DNA from: a bacterium
GTDB lineage: Bacteria; Zhuqueibacterota; QNDG01
Direction of reading: 5' to 3'
DNA: 64,000 nt
NCBI GenBank assembly: GCA_021158245.1
Contig: JAGGVB010000058.1
Span: 24,349 to 88,348, forward strand
The translations under genes were made by a program, and so were the position numbers. The notes under the pieces were generated by a model, which was not told the origin of the DNA, ran no database searches, and saw nothing but the letters and a program-made list of their open reading frames with translations. Of this stretch, positions 58,444 through 64,000 are shown in pieces; the stretch's first letter is position 1; each line of letters starts with the position of its first letter.

Positions 58444-60417
58444 TTAAAAATAGATATCTCCCTGAACTCCTATTTTATTAATTTTGTTTCCGTAAATCAT
58501 ATTGTATCCTGATCTTAAATAAGTTCTGCCCGGATAAAATGTAAGCGACCACTTTGCAGACAGTTTGAAAGATTTAAAAGGATTTAATGCAAAAATGATG
58601 TAAATCCTTTCTCCTCTGTTGTAAAGTGGGGTATTTGAAAGTACACCCGGAAGGTCACGCTCAAATTCATAAATGCGTGTATCCCATGATTCGGTGTCAA
58701 ATACTATGGCTCTTAAATTGACAAATGATTTATGAAATGGCTTTATCAGGCCGTCAGCAAAAAAGAGAAAACCATTTTCACCATGCTTTATAGACTCATA
58801 ATAAGAGCCGTTTATCGAGAAACGGACTGCTTCGAACCGCGCCCTGAATCTGATTTTTTTTGACGGAGAATAGCTGATTCCAGAGCGAAATTTATAAAGC
58901 GAAGTAGAAGCAACATGTACTAAAGGCTCTGAAGAATGAGTATCTTTTATTGCTCTTGCCCCTGTTTTTTTGTTAAACCTTAACAAAATTTTCACTTTAT
59001 GTGAGAGTTTTAATTCCCACTGAGAAAAAATATCAGATGAATTAAATGGAACAGGAATAAAGTATGTTCTCCACGGAGTATGGTGAAAGTCTAAATAAAA
59101 GGATGCAGAGATACGCCTGCTGAATTTACGTTTCATGCCGCAATAGATACCTTGCCTGTTTTTTGCAGGAGATATTGACATAAAAGAGCTGTAAGGACTG
59201 TAAAATTTTTTTGAAAAATAGTAGTAAACGAAAGCAAGTTTTAAGAGCCCGATATTTGTTGCTGCCCCTGTAACAATGGCGCATGATCCGGGATCAGATT
59301 CGGATAATTCTCCATATAAATTTACATTCTTTACCTCGATATCCCAATGGGCGCCGTACACAAAAAGTTTCTGCCCCTTAAATTCAAATTGCTTTCTTTC
59401 GTTTATTTCGGGATTTAAAGGAGGCGAAAAACGTGCGTGCATAATTGTAAATCCCGCTGAATTATTTTTATTTATGTACGATGCTGAAAAACAAATATTT
59501 GATTCACAGGCATTGCCCTTTGTTTTGATTTCGTACTCGGTTCTGTGAAGCCCTGATTTTTTAAAGGAGCTGACTGTTGAGTCATTATTTAATGAAGCGT
59601 CCTTGTGTGCTTTTGAATAAAATCCTGTTAATGAGAAATGCCGATTATAAAGAGAAAGCGCAATACCCTGCATGTATCCGAACTCTGTTGATAATGCATA
59701 ACCTGAAATTCCTGATGTACGATTTTTTGCAGCTTTTACGGAATTTGCTCCTTTGTACTGACTGTAAGGCCCCCATAATGTAAGGCCCTGGCCTGTTTCC
59801 GCAATAAAATTGCCTGCAATAATCTTAAGCCCGTGTTTTTTAATGTGCAGCTCTGCATACCCGACAAAATGGTCTGCATAGGACGCTTCACCCGGATCTT
59901 TATGGATAAGTATCTTTGAAGAAAATGGCCCTTTTGATAATGTCATACGATTGTAAGTGTAAACAGGCGGCCCTTTGAATTTATTGGTGCTGAATCCTTT
60001 CTCTTTTTCCAGTTTCCGCATGTATCTGTTCCTGAAAGACACGGATAAAGGAGTGGACTTTTCCATTTTGTCAAATCTAATATATGAAGATATTAATTTT
60101 ACAAAATCAGTATCAAAATGCATGCGGCTTTGAAAATCGCTTAATGATTTAAAATCTCCGTTTTTTTTACGCTCCCTGATAATTTTGCGTGCAGATATGT
60201 TATCAAAAAATGGTATGGCATTAATGGTTTTTTCAGAAGCGGAATTGATGTTTAGAGGATTGGCTTTAATATCTTCGAGGCGTTCCAAAATCATTGTATT
60301 TTTTGTTTTCTGGTCTTCGAGAAGTTTTTCCTGAATATCCTGGCTGAATAATACAACTGCAGGTAAAAAAAGAATGATTATGGAAAAACGTGCAATAAGT
60401 TTGTTTTTTGAGCACAT
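58444..60417 (-). CDS. Predicted outer-membrane protein with N-terminal ComEA-like helix-hairpin-helix motif and C-terminal beta-rich region ending in Phe
   Basis: N-terminal hydrophobic segment, HhH motif (NINSASEKTINAIPFFDNISARKII), then alternating-hydrophobic beta-strand-like sequence to a C-terminal ...GDIYF. Confidence 0.4.
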   Translation of the reverse strand: MCSKNKLIARFSIIILFLPAVVLFSQDIQEKLLEDQKTKNTMILERLEDIKANPLNINSASEKTINAIPFFDNISARKIIRERKKNGDFKSLSDFQSRMHFDTDFVKLISSYIRFDKMEKSTPLSVSFRNRYMRKLEKEKGFSTNKFKGPPVYTYNRMTLSKGPFSSKILIHKDPGEASYADHFVGYAELHIKKHGLKIIAGNFIAETGQGLTLWGPYSQYKGANSVKAAKNRTSGISGYALSTEFGYMQGIALSLYNRHFSLTGFYSKAHKDASLNNDSTVSSFKKSGLHRTEYEIKTKGNACESNICFSASYINKNNSAGFTIMHARFSPPLNPEINERKQFEFKGQKLFVYGAHWDIEVKNVNLYGELSESDPGSCAIVTGAATNIGLLKLAFVYYYFSKKFYSPYSSFMSISPAKNRQGIYCGMKRKFSRRISASFYLDFHHTPWRTYFIPVPFNSSDIFSQWELKLSHKVKILLRFNKKTGARAIKDTHSSEPLVHVASTSLYKFRSGISYSPSKKIRFRARFEAVRFSINGSYYESIKHGENGFLFFADGLIKPFHKSFVNLRAIVFDTESWDTRIYEFERDLPGVLSNTPLYNRGERIYIIFALNPFKSFKLSAKWSLTFYPGRTYLRSGYNMIYGNKINKIGVQGDIYF

Positions 60418-60785
60418 AATTAATAGCTCCCCTGTTTTTTATGGTTAGATTCTAAATTTTTAACATAGAAGAAGTAAAATGAGGGAAAAAAAAGAGCAGC
60501 CGGATTTTTCCAAGTTGAAAAAACGGTCACACATAGGGTCAGGAATAATCGGTTTGTAACCGGGTTATGTGCTCCGGCCTGCCATGTAAAAAAAATAAAC
60601 ATGACAAAAATAGAAAAAGCAGCAACAGTACTTTTTGCCTGCGAGGTTACAGTATAATTGTACATACAGTTAAATGTAATTTAATGTTGTGATGCAGGTG
60701 CTTAGCAGCTCTTATGCATGATGCTATAATATAATAATAAAATTTAAAATGTCAAGATAATATTCGAAAAAATAAGAAATAAATT

Positions 60786-60927
60786 AGGGGCTGTATCAAA
60801 AGTCGATTTGAAGTCATTACAAGAAGCGAAGCGACATAGTAATCTCAGAAATTGAGCCCGAATTGAAGAGACTGCTTCGCAAAAAGACGCTCGCAATGAC
60901 AGGGTTAGGACTTTTGACACAGCCCCT
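60786..60927. mobile_element. MITE-like element / long imperfect hairpin: 142 bp bounded by 19-bp terminal inverted repeats
   Basis: Left AGGGGCTGTATCAAAAGTC (60786-60804) versus the reverse complement of right GACTTTTGACACAGCCCCT (60909-60927) match at 18 of 19 positions. Nested internal complementarity (GTCATTAC/GCAATGAC, GCGAAGCG/CTGCTTCGC). No ORF. Confidence 0.4.
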
Positions 60928-60991
60928 ATAAAGGAAATATCATAACATTAACAAAGATTAAAGTCTTTGTTCCCAGCTTTTGGGTAGTTTA

Positions 60992-63346
60992 TCAAAACAT
61001 CCTTGCCATTCCAAATCCCACATAAAAACCCTTTCTCGTAAGAGGCACGGCAAAATCAATCCTTGCAATGCCGAATAGCCCGTTTATGGAAATACCTGAT
61101 TCGCTGTAGGTATCTGTTATCTGAAGCGGAGTGTAGGTTAACGCCTTTTTACTCATCCATGTTCTGCCTATGGCGCCGAAAACAATTATTCCGAGGCCTT
61201 TTCTTGCAAGGGAGTGAAGGCCGAGCAGTTCAAAGGGAATTGTCCTGAAGTTGTGTTCGGCAAATACAGCAGCATATTTTTCTCCTTCCACCGGCCTGTT
61301 TTTAAGAGTTTTAAACACTCCAAAAGGCATAAATCCTCCGATTGATGTTCCAATATTCCCCATTTTCTGCAATGGCAATGTACCTTTGTAAGTGCCTGCT
61401 GTAAATTGTACATCAATACAGGGCGCAAGCATTCTTCTGCGCAGGAATGTATTGATCCTGAAATTTCCGTTTAACCTGTAGGATGTAAAATTAAAATCAC
61501 TTGAAAATAGATCGGGTGATGAGTGTTCTATTTCAAATGAGATGCGGTTCTGGCTGATAGGAGCAAATGGAATAAGATCATGTCCGAGGGAGAGATTCAG
61601 ATATACTGATCGTAAGTTTCCCGCGTCAATTGCAGGATTTAATCTGCTTATTTTTCCTTTGCCCGTAAGTGTAAATGTGCTGGTTTCTTCGAGGGAAGAG
61701 TGGGTTTCAATGTTGACTCCTATTTTTAAACTGGCAGGGATCTTTGAAACAGAGTATTTAAGAGATGTTCTGAATCGTTTGTTTCTGTAATAATCATTGT
61801 AATCTGTTTCTCCGATTAAACAGGAGTAGGTGTTTATAAATGCCGGATAGTTCAAGGCTGAAAATCTGCTTTGTGCGCCGGAAAAACAGTCTGCTGACAC
61901 AGAAAGATTCTTAAGCTTTGCTGCACCGCGGATTGACCATGCAAACTCTTTAAGCCCTGCATAGTAATCTGTCGATGCAAGTATTTTTACATGTTTCTTT
62001 GAGAGAGAAATACCAATCCCGGGGCCAAAACCTGTAACTCTGTTGTATTGAAACCTTGGATTTATATAGGATAATAATGTTCGTTTTTTCTTTTTTGTGT
62101 CTGCGCTGGTACTGGCACTTCCTGCATCATTTGATGCACTGACAACAACATATTTTGCAAGGAATCCGGTTGGTTTAAATGCTTTGTTTAATGTCATTGT
62201 GCTGTCAAGGTTTTTGTAAGCAGAGGATTCCTCCATTGTTAATGGTACGGGAGTTGTTGTCATTATATTTTTTCTGATTGACAGAGAATCCACAATAATG
62301 TGTTTTTTGGATTTAAATATTGAGTCGGGAAAAGCTGAATTAACGCTGTATTCAGTAAACACTGAAATTTGATTGTAGATAATTTTCGGAAAATTCAGCC
62401 CCACCATACCGATTTTAATTAAGCCGTGCATGCGCATGTCAACGGGAAGCCAGAACAGGCTGCCGAATTTTCTGTACTGCTGCTTATAGTGAATTTCAAA
62501 ATTCTGAAAAGGAGGAGGCAGTATTACTGATTCCGAAGGAACAAGGTCAACATCAATTATGGCGTAGTCCTCATCAACAACGCTGATTCTGCCTTTAAAT
62601 GTCGGCTGTAATTTTGACTTTGGCGATACTTCAATGTCATAAACTGTCTTCCCGTTAAATGATCTGTAATTTGTAAGGGAAAAATTGTAATATTTTAATG
62701 CCTTTGGATTTGTAACTCCTATGACTTTAAAACCTGCTACGTCTATATTGTCATCATAGAGATTCTGAAGATTTGATGCAAATGCGAAGTTCTCCGTATT
62801 TTTAATGTTTGCCGATGTTTTTTTTGAAACAATGACTTCTTTATCTCCTTTGTTTTTATCCCAGTATAATCTGGAATTACTCTCCGCGATATAAACAATA
62901 CTTGTATCATTCTCAAGTGATATCCTGGAATATGCGTCTACTCTGTATCTGCTGAGTGATTTAAGCCATGATTTTTTATGTTTTATTACTTTACGCATGA
63001 TATTTACGGCAGGGTCTTCATCAGATACAGTGATTGGTTTGAGCTGTATTACCGTAGGATTTAGTTTAACTGTAATTGATGAAGGTGAAGATTCTGTTAC
63101 AGTAATTTTTTTTGCAATATACCCGATGTATGTTACATTAAGGGTTGCAGGCAGCTTTTTTATCTCTATCTTAAATTTGCCGTCGCTGTTTGTTATTGTG
63201 CCTTTATAGGTGTTTTCTATCTGTATGTTTGTGTTTGAAAGGGGCTTGCCTGTGCTTGCGTCAATTACATAACCTGAAATCAGTTTTTGGCCAGGGAGAG
63301 GAGAGGCAAATAGCATTATGGCAATAACTGCTGAAAAGGCTTTCAT
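60992..63346 (-). CDS. Outer-membrane beta-barrel protein with N-terminal carboxypeptidase-regulatory-like domain (DUF5686-like)
   Basis: Signal peptide, CarbopepD_reg-like N-terminus (ISGYVIDASTGKPLSNTNIQIENTYKGTITNSDGKFKIEI), a long beta-rich body and an aromatic C-terminus (GFGMARMF). Confidence 0.55.
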   Translation of the reverse strand: MKAFSAVIAIMLFASPLPGQKLISGYVIDASTGKPLSNTNIQIENTYKGTITNSDGKFKIEIKKLPATLNVTYIGYIAKKITVTESSPSSITVKLNPTVIQLKPITVSDEDPAVNIMRKVIKHKKSWLKSLSRYRVDAYSRISLENDTSIVYIAESNSRLYWDKNKGDKEVIVSKKTSANIKNTENFAFASNLQNLYDDNIDVAGFKVIGVTNPKALKYYNFSLTNYRSFNGKTVYDIEVSPKSKLQPTFKGRISVVDEDYAIIDVDLVPSESVILPPPFQNFEIHYKQQYRKFGSLFWLPVDMRMHGLIKIGMVGLNFPKIIYNQISVFTEYSVNSAFPDSIFKSKKHIIVDSLSIRKNIMTTTPVPLTMEESSAYKNLDSTMTLNKAFKPTGFLAKYVVVSASNDAGSASTSADTKKKKRTLLSYINPRFQYNRVTGFGPGIGISLSKKHVKILASTDYYAGLKEFAWSIRGAAKLKNLSVSADCFSGAQSRFSALNYPAFINTYSCLIGETDYNDYYRNKRFRTSLKYSVSKIPASLKIGVNIETHSSLEETSTFTLTGKGKISRLNPAIDAGNLRSVYLNLSLGHDLIPFAPISQNRISFEIEHSSPDLFSSDFNFTSYRLNGNFRINTFLRRRMLAPCIDVQFTAGTYKGTLPLQKMGNIGTSIGGFMPFGVFKTLKNRPVEGEKYAAVFAEHNFRTIPFELLGLHSLARKGLGIIVFGAIGRTWMSKKALTYTPLQITDTYSESGISINGLFGIARIDFAVPLTRKGFYVGFGMARMF

Positions 63347-63453
63347 AAATCCTCCTGAGTCATGAATGTAAAATTAAAGATTTGTAAAAAATAACAATAA
63401 TTATTAACTTATACTATTATTTTCTTTAAAAGTTTCAAAGAAATAGATGTTCA

Positions 63454-63484
63454 GGAACAAGTTTTTTCTTTTTTATACGTCTTA
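63454..63484 (+). promoter_or_regulatory. Possible ECF-sigma-type autoregulatory promoter (GGAAC ... CGTCTTA)
   Basis: -35-like GGAAC (63454-63458) and -10-like CGTC (63478-63481) about 45 bp upstream of an ECF sigma gene; the spacer is 19 nt, slightly longer than the typical 16-17. Confidence 0.3.
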
Positions 63485-63525
63485 ATATAAAGAGCTTAAT
63501 TTATTATGAAAAAATCTGAAGGATT

Positions 63526-64000
63526 ATGGAAGCTAAACTGATAAAATTGTTAAAGACTGGGGATTCTACGGCATTTAAACAATTTGTAGAAGCCAATCAG
63601 GACAGGGTTGTAAGTATTTGTTATGGTTTCCTGAAGAATAAAAGAGATGCGGAAGATACTGCTCAGGAAGTATTTATTGAAGTTTATCGCTCTATAGGTA
63701 AATTCCGCGGAGATTCAAAACTTTCTACCTGGCTTTACAGAATTGCTGTTACAAAGTCCCTGGATTTTTTAAGGAAGAAAAAGAGAAGAGGTAAATTCCA
63801 TCAGCTCACAACGATTTTTTATGAGCATAATTCTGATAATATTGCCGAACCGGCAGATGCATCACGGCCTGATTTTGATCTAATGGAAAATGAGAGAAGA
63901 GAAATTTTAAACAGGGCAATAAACAAACTTTCCGATGATCAGAAAACCTCAATTGTGTTAAATAAACTGCAGGGGTATTCATACAAAGAAGTGGCTGAGA
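63526..64000 (+). CDS. RNA polymerase ECF-type sigma-70 factor, partial (3' end beyond window)
   Basis: Region 2 (DTAQEVFIEVYRSIGKFRGDSKLSTWLYRIAVTKSLDFLRKKK) and the start of region 4 (SDDQKTSIVLNKLQGYSYKEVAE); SD AAGGA 5 nt before the ATG. Confidence 0.85.
   Translation, partial: MEAKLIKLLKTGDSTAFKQFVEANQDRVVSICYGFLKNKRDAEDTAQEVFIEVYRSIGKFRGDSKLSTWLYRIAVTKSLDFLRKKKRRGKFHQLTTIFYEHNSDNIAEPADASRPDFDLMENERREILNRAINKLSDDQKTSIVLNKLQGYSYKEVAE

Noticed and set aside
60420-60665. 81-aa minus-strand ORF between the two outer-membrane protein genes
   Set aside because: No RBS, hydrophobic low-complexity sequence, sits in a promoter/leader region. Low coding likelihood.

Overview
Low-GC bacterial chromosomal segment from a diderm organism (LapA/LapB and LptE-like LPS-assembly genes, sigma-54 components, beta-barrel OMPs with carboxypeptidase-regulatory-like N-termini suggestive of an FCB-group-like lineage; lineage not certain). 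The main blocks, in order, are: (a) lapA-lapB and miaB on the minus strand. (b) A complete division/cell-wall (dcw) cluster: mraZ-rsmH-ftsL-ftsI(PASTA)-murE-murF-mraY-murD-ftsW-murG-[degenerate receiver-domain gene]-murC-murB-ftsQ-ftsA-ftsZ, followed directly by a B12-binding/radical-SAM gene and an ORF6N-domain gene. (c) An intergenic 15-bp x7 tandem repeat array. (d) pepF, then a minus-strand block: alpha/beta hydrolase, polytopic membrane protein, secreted M1 peptidase, acidic TPR protein, LptE-like lipoprotein, a sigma-54 activator with no N-terminal regulatory domain (PspF-like architecture), MBL-fold hydrolase and NAD-epimerase. (e) ligA, an ArgD/DapC-family aminotransferase and ispG, then a second, inverted copy of the related tandem repeat. 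(f) A lysC-lysA operon under a lysine riboswitch with an intrinsic-terminator expression platform. (g) cspA in an AT-rich stretch. (h) A sigma-54 promoter (TGGCAC-N5-TTGC) driving a Wsp/Frz-like alternative chemosensory cluster: cheY-cheW-cheR(TPR)-cheW-MCP-HPt-cheA(REC)-cheB. Its apparent output is a 1295-aa REC-GAF-GAF-HisKA-HATPase-REC-REC-REC-HPt hybrid kinase plus a REC protein fused to a degenerate kinase-like domain, rather than a flagellar or c-di-GMP effector. (i) A HAD hydrolase, two predicted outer-membrane beta-barrel proteins separated by a 142-bp MITE-like inverted-repeat element, and the start of an ECF sigma factor. No rRNA, tRNA or CRISPR was recognised. murC lacks an in-frame canonical start and appears frameshifted right after a good RBS/ATG.
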